Source: Patescibacteria group bacterium (GTDB taxonomy: Bacteria; Patescibacteriota; Microgenomatia; Levybacterales; UBA12049). Taken from it: 64,000 nucleotides of DNA. A model generated the notes under the pieces. It was not told where the DNA came from. It ran no database searches and saw only the letters and a list, made by a program, of their open reading frames with translations. Positions 50,075 to 59,611 of this stretch are shown here, piece after piece. Position numbers and translations under genes: made by a program. The DNA is taken from positions 519,343 through 583,342 of the forward strand of contig BPJB01000001.1 of assembly GCA_026004395.1 (NCBI GenBank). The letters run 5' to 3'. Within the stretch, counting starts at the first letter, position 1. Every line of letters starts with the position of its first letter.

Positions 50075-51664
50075 ATGAAGATCAAATACTTTTTATACGC
50101 TCGCAAATCAACAGAGGACGAAGAAAGACAAGTGATGTCTATTGAAGCCCAGCTTGCGGAGTTGGCGGAATATGCCAAGCGCGAAGGGCTGGAAATTATT
50201 GAGCAGTTTGTGGAAAGCAAAAGCGCAAAGAAGCCCGGGCGAGAAATTTTTAATAAGATGATTGAAAAAATCCATACCAGCAAAAGCCCGGTTGGCATTT
50301 TAGCGTGGCACCCTGATAGATTGGCAAGAAACAGCGTTGACGGCGGGCAGGTTATTTACCTCATAGACCAAGGCAAAATCGCTTCTTTGCGCTTTCCTAC
50401 TTTTTGGTTTGAGCCAACTCCGCAAGGACTTTTTATGCTTCAAGTCGCCTTTGGCCAAAGTAAGTATTACTCGGACAACTTGTCCGAGAATGTAAAGCGC
50501 GGGATTCGCCAAAAACTCAGGCGCGGGGAATATCCGGGCAAAGCTCCGCTTGGATATGTAAATAATCCCAAGACAAGGAACATTGAGCCAGACCCGACCA
50601 AAGCAAAAATTGTGGCAAAAGCCTTTGAGGAGTTTGCCCAAGGAAAGCACACTCTCAAAAGTTTAGGCGAGCGCCTGAGTTTTTGGGGCGTGGTGAGCAA
50701 AAACGGCACACCTCTTGCCAAAGCCACAATCCAACGAATGCTCACTAATCCAACTTATCTCGGCTTGATTGTCCACAAGGGCGAAACCTACGAGGGCAAG
50801 TTTCCTCCAATTATTTCCAGAGCGACTTTTTCAGCCGTTCAAAAAATGTTGAAGCAGAGAGCAAGGCCGCGCAAAACAAGAAAAGGACACAACTTCCCGT
50901 TTGTCGGGCTTTTCCGGTGCGGAGAGTGCGGCGGTATGATAACCGCGCAGTGGGCAAAAGGAAAATACCGCTACTACCGGTGCACAAAGAAGTTTGACAA
51001 ATGCAGCCAAGGATACTTGCGCGAGGACTTGCTCGTTGCCCAGCTTAAAGAAAAGCTGAAAAAAGTCGCTCTCTGCGAAGACTGGGCGGAAAAGATGTTG
51101 GTAAAGGTAGATGAATGGGAAAAGGAACAAGCCCAGTCTTCGCAGTCTTTCGCCCAAAATCTTGAGGAGAAAATCAAAGAAACCGAACAAAAGCTGGATA
51201 GATTAGTTAACGCCTTTTTGGACGGCACCATTGAAAAAGAGACCTATCTTGCCAAGAAAGACGAACTCATTAAAACTAAAACCGCCCTTCTGGAAAAGAA
51301 AGGCGATTTTGGGCGAAAGGGAAACAATTGGATCGAACCATTGAGAAATTGGATAAAAGACGCTCACCACGCCGAAAAACTTGCTTTGTCTCAACCCAGC
51401 CCATTAGATTTATATGAATGGGCTGGGTTTGCGGAAAAAATTGGAACGAACCGCCGCCTGCTGGACAGAAAAATCCTCTTTGATTTCCGTCCGCCCCTTG
51501 ATTTAGTGCCGAAATATAAGGAAATTTGCGAAGCGAGCCTCGCCTCTGGCGAGGCGAGCGAGCAATCAAACTCGCCCAAAAACTCTGAAAGTATCGTATG
51601 GTCGGGGACAGAGGACTCGAACCTCCGACCTCACGGTCCCAAACCGCGCGCTCTAGCCAACTGA
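50075..51664 (+). CDS. Large serine recombinase (integrase)
   Basis: YARKS, SAK..GR..F, DRLARN, recombinase domain, CGECG...YYRC...C zinc ribbon, coiled coil; reads through the att core into the tRNA. Confidence 0.95.
   Translation: MKIKYFLYARKSTEDEERQVMSIEAQLAELAEYAKREGLEIIEQFVESKSAKKPGREIFNKMIEKIHTSKSPVGILAWHPDRLARNSVDGGQVIYLIDQGKIASLRFPTFWFEPTPQGLFMLQVAFGQSKYYSDNLSENVKRGIRQKLRRGEYPGKAPLGYVNNPKTRNIEPDPTKAKIVAKAFEEFAQGKHTLKSLGERLSFWGVVSKNGTPLAKATIQRMLTNPTYLGLIVHKGETYEGKFPPIISRATFSAVQKMLKQRARPRKTRKGHNFPFVGLFRCGECGGMITAQWAKGKYRYYRCTKKFDKCSQGYLREDLLVAQLKEKLKKVALCEDWAEKMLVKVDEWEKEQAQSSQSFAQNLEEKIKETEQKLDRLVNAFLDGTIEKETYLAKKDELIKTKTALLEKKGDFGRKGNNWIEPLRNWIKDAHHAEKLALSQPSPLDLYEWAGFAEKIGTNRRLLDRKILFDFRPPLDLVPKYKEICEASLASGEASEQSNSPKNSESIVWSGTEDSNLRPHGPKPRALAN
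51446..51604. repeat. 159-bp inverted repeat (element right end, inside the recombinase 3' end)
   Basis: Reverse complement of 49744-49902. Confidence 0.95.
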
Positions 51665-51675
51665 GCTAGTCCCCG
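51599..51675 (-). tRNA. tRNA-Pro(TGG), integration target
   Basis: CGGGGAC/GTCCCCG-A-CCA; CGCGG-TTTGGGA-CCGTG. Confidence 0.95.
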
Positions 51676-51803
51676 TATCGCATTTGCAATTCATTTTGCA
51701 GTAGCTTTTGAAAATCCATCTCTATATTCTTACCTATTATCATTACAAACTTTTGATTGCATTCATTACCTCAATTTGATTTATCTTAATTAACTTTGAT
51801 GAG

Positions 51804-51888
51804 TGCCGCGAGAGAGACTCGAACTCTCACGTCCTTTTAGGGACAAAGGCTCTTAAGGCCCTCGTGTCTACCATTCCACCACCGCGGC
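51804..51888 (-). tRNA. tRNA-Leu(TAA)
   Basis: GCCGCGG/TCGCGGC-A; AGGGC-CTTAAGA-GCCTT; long variable arm. Confidence 0.93.
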
Positions 51889-51940
51889 GTGATTGTAATG
51901 ACTGTATTGTACCTAATAGTAAAAGTTTATTCAACCAAAT

Positions 51941-52906
51941 TTATTGATGAATGGGAGGAGTAATACCTAATCTCTTAAGAGAATAGTCAAGAAAATTCTT
52001 CATTTCTTCACGCCTATTCTTACTATTTAAAAGTATTCCAATTATTTTATGATCTTTATACTCAAGATACGTAATAAGACACATTCCTGCCTCAGGAGTA
52101 AAACCAGTCTTCACACCTTTAACACCAGGATAGCTCGTAAGAAGGTTAGTCTCATTAAACAGATGGTACTCTTTATGAGTTGCTGTTTTGGGTATTACAT
52201 ATTCGTATGTTGCTACGATTTTTCTCATGATTGGAAAATTATCCAGCATGTATTTTGTCATCACCAATAGATCGTACGCTGTTGTATGTTGTACTCCATC
52301 ACCCTGTAAACCAGATGGATTGCTGAACACTGTATTTTCAAGTCCTAATGCTTTAGCTTTATTGTTCATGGCAGATATGAATGCAGTTCTTCCATCTTTG
52401 TAATTGCTTGCAATCACCTCAGCAGCATCATTACCGGATGGAAGCATCAAACCATATAAGAGTTCTTCAAGACCAAGAATTTCTCCCTCTTCAAGACCCA
52501 TACTATCTTCACCTACCAAGTCATATTTATGTACTAAGTAACGATCATCAGATTTTTTATTTTCCAAAGCTACAATTGCTGTCATAATTTTTGTCAATGA
52601 TGCCATAGGCATTCTCTCAAATGCTTTGTGTTCAAAAAGTGTCTTGTTAGTCTTCAAGTCATAAATCAGAACTGACTTCGCAGTAAAATTAGGAACTCCG
52701 TTCTCACTTCCTTCGGTTTTTTCGATAATTGGTAGCCAAAAATCAAGAAGCTTTACTTGAGAATTACTAGAAAGAGTGAGAAAATGGGGTAGAGGAGACT
52801 CAAAAAAATTTTTTAAATGCTTTTGATGAATAAAAATATATAAAAAAATGTTTATTAAAATACTAAAGATTGCTACCGCTATACTATACAAAAATAGAGA
52901 ACGCAT
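51941..52906 (-). CDS. D-alanyl-D-alanine carboxypeptidase (S11)
   Basis: ASLTK, SGN, KTG motifs. Confidence 0.92.
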   Translation of the reverse strand: MRSLFLYSIAVAIFSILINIFLYIFIHQKHLKNFFESPLPHFLTLSSNSQVKLLDFWLPIIEKTEGSENGVPNFTAKSVLIYDLKTNKTLFEHKAFERMPMASLTKIMTAIVALENKKSDDRYLVHKYDLVGEDSMGLEEGEILGLEELLYGLMLPSGNDAAEVIASNYKDGRTAFISAMNNKAKALGLENTVFSNPSGLQGDGVQHTTAYDLLVMTKYMLDNFPIMRKIVATYEYVIPKTATHKEYHLFNETNLLTSYPGVKGVKTGFTPEAGMCLITYLEYKDHKIIGILLNSKNRREEMKNFLDYSLKRLGITPPIHQ

Positions 52907-52945
52907 TTTATAATTCTACCAAATAATAGTTAATCGCAACAAAAT

Positions 52946-53761
52946 ATGCAGTTTTCTTTAATCTCTTTCAATACTTTTGCTGCTCCTTTTTTTGCTCATA
53001 AAATTATTCGAAGTCTGTTCAGAACTCGTGTCAGAGAACGTCTGAGAATTGTTGCAGAAAATCTTAAAAAAGAAAACCCAGACATTGTCTTCTTCCAAGA
53101 ACTTTTTACTTATTTCAACTTAAAATTTATAACTAAATTGCTTCCTGACTATGCAGTTTTGTATAAACCTTTTATTTATGGTCCGCGTGGAGGATTAGTT
53201 ATCTTTTCAAAAATTCCTATAAGAACAATTCAGTACATTGATTTTGAGGTAAAAGGATCACTTTGGAACAGATCATTGACAGGTCCAATCACCAAAAAAG
53301 GTCTGCTTGTCGCTTATTGCCAATCACTACCTCTGATACTGATTAATACGCATCTGACACAAAACTCTGATCATGACTGGTCAGATGACAACCGCTATAC
53401 TAAAATCCTTGTCAAACAACTACATCAAATTACACGAGAGATTAAAAAATTTAATAAGACAAATTTCATTCTTGCGGGAGATTTTAATATGCCAAAAAAG
53501 ACCCATCTTTATTCTGATTTTTTACGTGCTACCAAATTAACTGATCCTTTTTCTCAGTACCAAGACTCTACTTACCACACAGATATGATTCCATTCTATA
53601 CACCCAAAAGAAGAGAAGATTACATTTTTTTCCAAGGAGAAGGATTAAAATGCTTACAGACATCAGAATTATTTAAGAAAAAATTCCTGCTTGCTGATGG
53701 TACAAGAGTTTATCTCTCAGATCACATAGCTCTCAAAGCTCAGTTCGAGCTTTCAAATTAA
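52946..53761 (+). CDS. Endonuclease/exonuclease/phosphatase family protein
   Basis: SFN, FQE, NTHL, GDFN, DYIF, SDH. Confidence 0.9.
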   Translation: MQFSLISFNTFAAPFFAHKIIRSLFRTRVRERLRIVAENLKKENPDIVFFQELFTYFNLKFITKLLPDYAVLYKPFIYGPRGGLVIFSKIPIRTIQYIDFEVKGSLWNRSLTGPITKKGLLVAYCQSLPLILINTHLTQNSDHDWSDDNRYTKILVKQLHQITREIKKFNKTNFILAGDFNMPKKTHLYSDFLRATKLTDPFSQYQDSTYHTDMIPFYTPKRREDYIFFQGEGLKCLQTSELFKKKFLLADGTRVYLSDHIALKAQFELSN

Positions 53762-53781
53762 AAATCTGATATTATTATTCT

Positions 53782-54555
53782 ATGGATCTATCGCATGTTG
53801 CTATACTAGCAATCGTTGAAGGTTTTACAGAGTTCCTTCCAATCTCCTCAACCGGACATCTCATCCTCACATCCTATTTGTTAGGCATAGGCCAAACACC
53901 ATTTATGAAAACATTTGAGATTATAATCCAGCTTGGAGCAATTCTCGCTGTTATTTTTCTTTATTGGAGAAAACTGAAAAGAAGTTATATTCTCTGGAAG
54001 AAAATCTTTATTGCATTTCTTCCGACAGCAATCATAGGATTTACTTTATATCGAATAGTTAAAGATATTCTGTTAGGTAATCCTTTGATCACATTAGGTG
54101 CTATTTTTTTAGGGGGGATTATTCTTATTATTTTAGAATTGCTGTACAAAGAAAAAGAATACCACGTGCAGAATGTAGAAGAAATTACTTATAAGCAATC
54201 AGTTTTAATTGGATTGTTTCAATCTCTGTCTCTGATTCCAGGAGTATCACGAGCAGCTGCGACAATTATTGGGGCATTGTTTTTGGGTGCCAAAAGAAAA
54301 TCAGCCGTTGAGTTCTCATTTTTTTTGGCTGTTCCCACAATGATTACTGCCTCAACTTTTGAAATCATTCAAAGTTCATTTTCTTTAACAACAAGTGAAA
54401 TACAATATCTTCTGATAGGATTTATTCTCTCATTCTTTTTTGCACTACTTGCAATTAGATTTTTACTCAGTTTCATCCAGTCGCATACCTTTATACCTTT
54501 TGGTATATACAGGATACTTCTTGCAATAGTATATGCATCTTTGCTATTAAAATAA
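53782..54555 (+). CDS. uppP: Undecaprenyl-diphosphate phosphatase
   Basis: EGFTEFLPISSTGH, PGVSR, FGIYR. Confidence 0.95.
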   Translation: MDLSHVAILAIVEGFTEFLPISSTGHLILTSYLLGIGQTPFMKTFEIIIQLGAILAVIFLYWRKLKRSYILWKKIFIAFLPTAIIGFTLYRIVKDILLGNPLITLGAIFLGGIILIILELLYKEKEYHVQNVEEITYKQSVLIGLFQSLSLIPGVSRAAATIIGALFLGAKRKSAVEFSFFLAVPTMITASTFEIIQSSFSLTTSEIQYLLIGFILSFFFALLAIRFLLSFIQSHTFIPFGIYRILLAIVYASLLLK

Positions 54556-54698
54556 AGCAATTACAAGCTGTATATTATATATATTTGGTAGATGCATAAA
54601 TAAAATTATTGAAGAAGTTCTTGACTCAATATTATAGTTTAGTTATACTTCAGAAGTCATTTTCTGCCCCCTTATTATCTGCCTAAATTTTTCTCAAT

Positions 54699-56159
54699 AT
54701 GATAAATTGGTGGAAAAAAATAAATTCAATGCAATTTTTGCATGTATATTCAAGTGTAATCAAAAGTAAAAATTACAAAAAAATAAAAATTTTTTTAATT
54801 AAAAACCCATTTAAAAGCTTTTTTATAACACTGGTTTTCTTACTGTTGATAATGATTTTCGGCAATATATTGTCCAATAAAACAGAATTAAAAAAAGAAA
54901 AACAATCTTTGATAAAAGAAGTAAGTGTTTATCAAATTGGAAAAACATCTACAATCAGACTGCAAGCTAAGTTAGAAAAAAAAGGTGTAGTAAAAATTAC
55001 TGCATTAGCTCCGGGAGTAGTATCTTCAATTCTGGTCAAAGAAGGACAGACTGTCTCCAAAGGTCAAACTCTGATCAAACTCTCATCAAACTATCAAGGT
55101 GGAAATGCACAGTCGCTACAGTCACAATTAGCTAAGTTACAATACCAGAACTCTAAAGAAACATTAACAACACAAAAAGAAATTATCCAAAAGCAAAGAG
55201 AAGTTGCCGAAAAAAACCGCGATAATACAGAAGAATTAAGAAAAATTTCTGAACAATCTCTTGGATCATCACGCGAATTATTAGATCTTAATCAACAAAT
55301 TCTTAACTTTATTAATGAACAAATTAATGAATTAGAAAAAGTAAATGCGCCTAAAGAAAATATTTTTTCACTTAAAATACAAAAAGCTCAAATTGAGTCA
55401 GGAGTCAATCAATTGTTAAACAACCTTCGCAATCTAGAATATACAACAAATAAAGAAAATCCTCCTACAAATTTAGCCGACCTGCAAAAAGATATTACTC
55501 TCAAACAATTAGATCTCCAAGAAAAGGCTTTAGAAATCAATAAAGAGGTAAGTCGTATTCAGTACAATCTTGCATTAATAAATGAATCTCTAATGTGTCC
55601 AGCGTCTCCATTTGCTGGTGTAGTTGAAAGAATTCATGTCCAATCAGGACAATCAGTCAATCCTGGAACTACTTTAGTAACTATATCGAGTAATCAGATA
55701 TCTGCCAATGCTGTTGTTAATATTCCACGTGATATCGCACTCCTAGTATCAAGAATACAACCAAGTTTACTTTATATTGGAAAACAAAAAATTTCCATTA
55801 TTCCTGATTATATCTCTACTGTTGCTACTGATGGTCAGATGTATGCAGTAATTTATACTTTACCAAGTGAGATTATTGGAAAAATTACAGAAGAAAGTTA
55901 TATTCCTGTTGATATTCCTCTTAGTGTCTCCAGTTTTGACGGCGCAACAACTTTTATACCAATAGATGCTGTCTATCAATCTCAAAAAGATTCATATGTT
56001 AATGTTGTTAATAACGGCAAGGCTCAAACAAAAAAAATAATATTAGGTAATATTTATGGACAATATGTAGAGGTTATTTCTGGATTGAGCACAGACGATC
56101 AAATTATTCTCAACCGCAACATTATTTCAGGAGATAATGTCAAAGTTATTTCAAGATAA
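54699..56159 (+). CDS. RND efflux periplasmic adaptor (MFP) subunit
   Basis: TM, lipoyl half motifs (GVVSSILVKEGQTVSKGQ; SPFAGVV), long coiled coil. Confidence 0.85.
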   Translation: MINWWKKINSMQFLHVYSSVIKSKNYKKIKIFLIKNPFKSFFITLVFLLLIMIFGNILSNKTELKKEKQSLIKEVSVYQIGKTSTIRLQAKLEKKGVVKITALAPGVVSSILVKEGQTVSKGQTLIKLSSNYQGGNAQSLQSQLAKLQYQNSKETLTTQKEIIQKQREVAEKNRDNTEELRKISEQSLGSSRELLDLNQQILNFINEQINELEKVNAPKENIFSLKIQKAQIESGVNQLLNNLRNLEYTTNKENPPTNLADLQKDITLKQLDLQEKALEINKEVSRIQYNLALINESLMCPASPFAGVVERIHVQSGQSVNPGTTLVTISSNQISANAVVNIPRDIALLVSRIQPSLLYIGKQKISIIPDYISTVATDGQMYAVIYTLPSEIIGKITEESYIPVDIPLSVSSFDGATTFIPIDAVYQSQKDSYVNVVNNGKAQTKKIILGNIYGQYVEVISGLSTDDQIILNRNIISGDNVKVISR

Positions 56160-56167
56160 ATTTAGTA

Positions 56168-59100
56168 ATGGCATTTATGAAGAATGAATTTCTATATCTT
56201 AAAAAACTCAGATTTGATAGACAATTACAAAATACCTTTATTGCTAAATATCTAAGTAATCCCCGACTTCTTTTTTTGATTATTGTAGCTATTATTAGTA
56301 TTGGTTTATCAAGCTATTTGAGTATTCCCAGAAGACTTAATCCAGAAATAAAAATACCAGTTGTTATCGTAACAACCCTGCTTCCGGGAGCAAGTCCTCA
56401 GGATATAGAATCTCTTGTTACAAAAAATCTCGAGTCATCAATTAATAGAGTAGAGGATGTTAAAAAAATAACCTCATCTTCAAGAGAAAACATCTCGATT
56501 ATTTCAGTAGAGTTTGAATCAGGAGTTGATCCGGATAAAGCAAGACAATCAATTCAATCAGCAATTGAGTCTGCAAATCTTCCAAATGATGCTCAGAATC
56601 CGGTAGTTCAAAAAGTAGATTTCGAAAATCAACCGGTATGGTCGTTTGCCATAACAGGAAATGATATTCCAAGTCTTAAAAAAGTTGCAGATCTATTAAA
56701 AAAAGAACTGGAAAATCTACAATCTGTTGAGAAAATAACAACTGGTGGTCTAGAAGAGAAAGAAATCGTTATTTCTATTCGACCAGAAAAAATTGCGGCA
56801 TATGGTATTAATCCACTGCAAATCTCTCAACTTGTAAAATCATCAATCAATTCATTTCCGGCAGGTACTGTTCAGACTTCCCACTCATCATTTACATTGA
56901 CAATTGATCCTTTGATTAAATCCGTTGACGATCTTCGCAATCTAAAGCTTTTTATTAATGGTTCAGTTGTAACTTTATCCGAAATTGCAAATGTTTATGA
57001 GAGATCCAAGCCAAACCAATTTTTATCATTTTTTGCCACAAAGGCTAAAAAGCCTCAACCTTCAATTACGTTTTCTGTTTATAAAGCACCAAATACCAAT
57101 ATTAATGAAGCTGTTTCAGAGTCTGAAAAGATAGTGCAAGATATTATTGATAAATACGATGGAAAATTTGAAGTTCAAACAATTACCAATACAGGAAAAC
57201 TAATTGATAAACAGTTCAACCATCTTCTACGTGATTTTATCATTACAGTTTCGTTGGTATTCTTTGTTCTACTTATATTTCTTGGCGGAAGGCAAGCATT
57301 TGTTTCTTTCTTTGCTGTTCCTTTAACATTTCTTATAAGTTTTACCGTTATGAAGATTTGGGGAATTTCACTTAATTTTCTTTCTCTTTTCTCACTATTA
57401 CTTTCACTCGGACTTTTGGTTGATGACACAATCGTTGTCATTTCTGCAATGACTCAGTATTATAGAACAGGAAGATTTACTCCTCTTCAAACAGGGCTTC
57501 TCGTCTGGAGGGATTTTAAAGTACCAATTCTCACTACTACACTTACTACAGTTTGGGCATTTCTACCGCTTCTCATTTCAACAGGAATAATAGGAGAGTT
57601 TATTAAATCAATACCAGTTGTTGTATCAAGTACTCTTCTTGGATCTCTGGGCGTAGCTATGTTGATTATTCTTCCTCTGATGACAATACTCCTTAAACCA
57701 CAAATTCCGCAAAGATTAATTATTTTTTTGCGCGTTATTTTTGTTATTTTTCTTCTTTCTATTTATATTTATATAGCTCCAAAAGGTATTGGACTAATTT
57801 TCTCTTTGGTCGGACTTGGAGTCTTTCTTTTTGTTACATCACAAGTTAGGATAGCTTTGATTAGGAAAACAAAAAAATATATTCTTCAAGAATCCGAAAA
57901 AAAACCTGCTCTTCGTAAAATTCCTGATTATTTTGATAAGGGATTTATCAGCTTTTCAATCATCGAAAGAAAATACCGATCGATTATTACTCGCATACTT
58001 GCATCAAAACGCAATAGGAGAAATGCGGTAATATTAGTAATTATTTTTTCTTTTTTTTCATATCTTCTCCTACCATTAGGGTTAGTAAAAAATGAATTTT
58101 TCCCTAAAAATGATCAAAATTTTTTATATGTTAATCTTGAGTTGCCATCTGGAACAAATTTAACACAAACAACACAGGAGGCTATTTATCTTCTCAACAA
58201 ACTTCGATCTACACCAGATGTTTCATATATCACTGCTGATGTGGGCAAAATATACAGTAGAGAATTTACATCCGCTGGTAACAATGAAAATACAGTTATG
58301 TTTTCTCTTGTTCTGCCTGATCGCAAAGAAAGATCTCATACTTCTATTGAAATTGCAGATTTTCTCAGAAAATCTCTTAGTTCATACACAAAAGGGACAA
58401 TAACTGTATCAGAAGTATCAGGTGGACCACCGGCGGGATCAGATTTACAAATAAAACTTTTTGGTGATGATCTTGCATTGCTTGATAACTATGCAGAAGA
58501 TGTTAAAAAATTTTTTGAGAGGCAAGAAGGAGTTACAGATATTCAAAAATCAATCAAAACTGGACCAAGTCAGATAGTGTTTGTCCCCGATCAAAATAAA
58601 TTAGCGAACCTCAATATCTCACAGGATGTGCTTGGATTATGGCTGAGAACATTCGCAAGTGGATTACAGCTTGAATCCATCAAACAAGCGAACTCTGAAG
58701 AAGAAAATATGGAGATTACGCTTCAATTTGGAGAACGACCCCAAGATATAGAAAATATAACTCTACTTTCTTTTCCATCTCCAATGGGACCAATTACTAT
58801 TACTGATTTAGGAAGACTAATTTTAAAACCAAGTCCAACTTTGATTACCAGAGAAGACGGTAAAAGAACAATTTCAATTTCTGCATCTGTTCAGAAAGGA
58901 TTTTCTGTAACAGAGATGAATCAAAAATTAGAGAATTTTGCCAAAAATAATCTCAAACTTGAAGAGGGATATTTTTGGAAGACAGGAGGAGTTAATGAAG
59001 AAAATCAAAAATCAGTTTACTCTATTCTTCAAGCAATGATATTTTCTTTTCTGCTTATAATTGTAACAATGGTAATCCAGTTCAGCTCATTTAGAAAAGC

Positions 59101-59533
59101 TCTTATTGTTATGTTAGTTATACCACTTTCTATTTCAGGTGTATTTATTATCTTTGGACTCACTCAGACACCTCTTTCATTTCCAGCACTTATTGGAGTA
59201 TTGGCACTTTTTGGAATTGTAGTCAAAAACTCAATACTTCTTGTAGACAAAATTAATACAAATCAGAAATCAGGAATGAATTTTCAAGAGAGTATAATAG
59301 ATGCAGCTGAAAGTAGGCTGGAACCAATTGCACTTACAAGTCTTGCAACAATCATGGGGTTAATTCCTATCACTATCTCAGATCCTTTATGGAGGGGGCT
59401 AGGTGGAGCAATAATTGCAGGCCTTACATTTTCTGGGACAATTATGCTCTTTTTCATACCTGTTGTATATTACATGTGGTTTAATCCAAAGAGCAATAAA
59501 CAACTCAGACAAACAAAAAAATATAAAAAATAA
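56168..59533 (+). CDS. RND efflux permease (AcrB/AcrD/AcrF family)
   Basis: GLLVDDTIVV, GIVVKNSILLVD, RLEPIALT. Confidence 0.92.
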   Translation: MAFMKNEFLYLKKLRFDRQLQNTFIAKYLSNPRLLFLIIVAIISIGLSSYLSIPRRLNPEIKIPVVIVTTLLPGASPQDIESLVTKNLESSINRVEDVKKITSSSRENISIISVEFESGVDPDKARQSIQSAIESANLPNDAQNPVVQKVDFENQPVWSFAITGNDIPSLKKVADLLKKELENLQSVEKITTGGLEEKEIVISIRPEKIAAYGINPLQISQLVKSSINSFPAGTVQTSHSSFTLTIDPLIKSVDDLRNLKLFINGSVVTLSEIANVYERSKPNQFLSFFATKAKKPQPSITFSVYKAPNTNINEAVSESEKIVQDIIDKYDGKFEVQTITNTGKLIDKQFNHLLRDFIITVSLVFFVLLIFLGGRQAFVSFFAVPLTFLISFTVMKIWGISLNFLSLFSLLLSLGLLVDDTIVVISAMTQYYRTGRFTPLQTGLLVWRDFKVPILTTTLTTVWAFLPLLISTGIIGEFIKSIPVVVSSTLLGSLGVAMLIILPLMTILLKPQIPQRLIIFLRVIFVIFLLSIYIYIAPKGIGLIFSLVGLGVFLFVTSQVRIALIRKTKKYILQESEKKPALRKIPDYFDKGFISFSIIERKYRSIITRILASKRNRRNAVILVIIFSFFSYLLLPLGLVKNEFFPKNDQNFLYVNLELPSGTNLTQTTQEAIYLLNKLRSTPDVSYITADVGKIYSREFTSAGNNENTVMFSLVLPDRKERSHTSIEIADFLRKSLSSYTKGTITVSEVSGGPPAGSDLQIKLFGDDLALLDNYAEDVKKFFERQEGVTDIQKSIKTGPSQIVFVPDQNKLANLNISQDVLGLWLRTFASGLQLESIKQANSEEENMEITLQFGERPQDIENITLLSFPSPMGPITITDLGRLILKPSPTLITREDGKRTISISASVQKGFSVTEMNQKLENFAKNNLKLEEGYFWKTGGVNEENQKSVYSILQAMIFSFLLIIVTMVIQFSSFRKALIVMLVIPLSISGVFIIFGLTQTPLSFPALIGVLALFGIVVKNSILLVDKINTNQKSGMNFQESIIDAAESRLEPIALTSLATIMGLIPITISDPLWRGLGGAIIAGLTFSGTIMLFFIPVVYYMWFNPKSNKQLRQTKKYKK

Positions 59534-59611
59534 TTTTTAAAAATCAACAAATATCAACTTAAAACAATTTATAGTTTGTTAAGATTAAAAATTTTTGTAT
59601 AATATCCACCT

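Larger units (their letters stand above)
43841..51604. mobile_element. Serine-recombinase integrative element at tRNA-Pro 3' end with defence cargo
   Basis: Direct repeat TGGTCG at 43841-43846 and 51599-51604 (CGACCA tRNA end); abrupt GC rise at 43841; recombinase at the right end; both ends reappear joined and inverted internally. Confidence 0.9.

Noticed and set aside
49236-50078. 280-aa ORF and other ORFs across the GC-rich repeats (43711-43986, 44032-44271, 49349-49558, 49604-49993, 51276-51579)
   Set aside because: Shadow ORFs of GC-rich palindromic DNA, open in several frames and strands with no protein motif. Translation of the 280-aa frame cannot be fully excluded.
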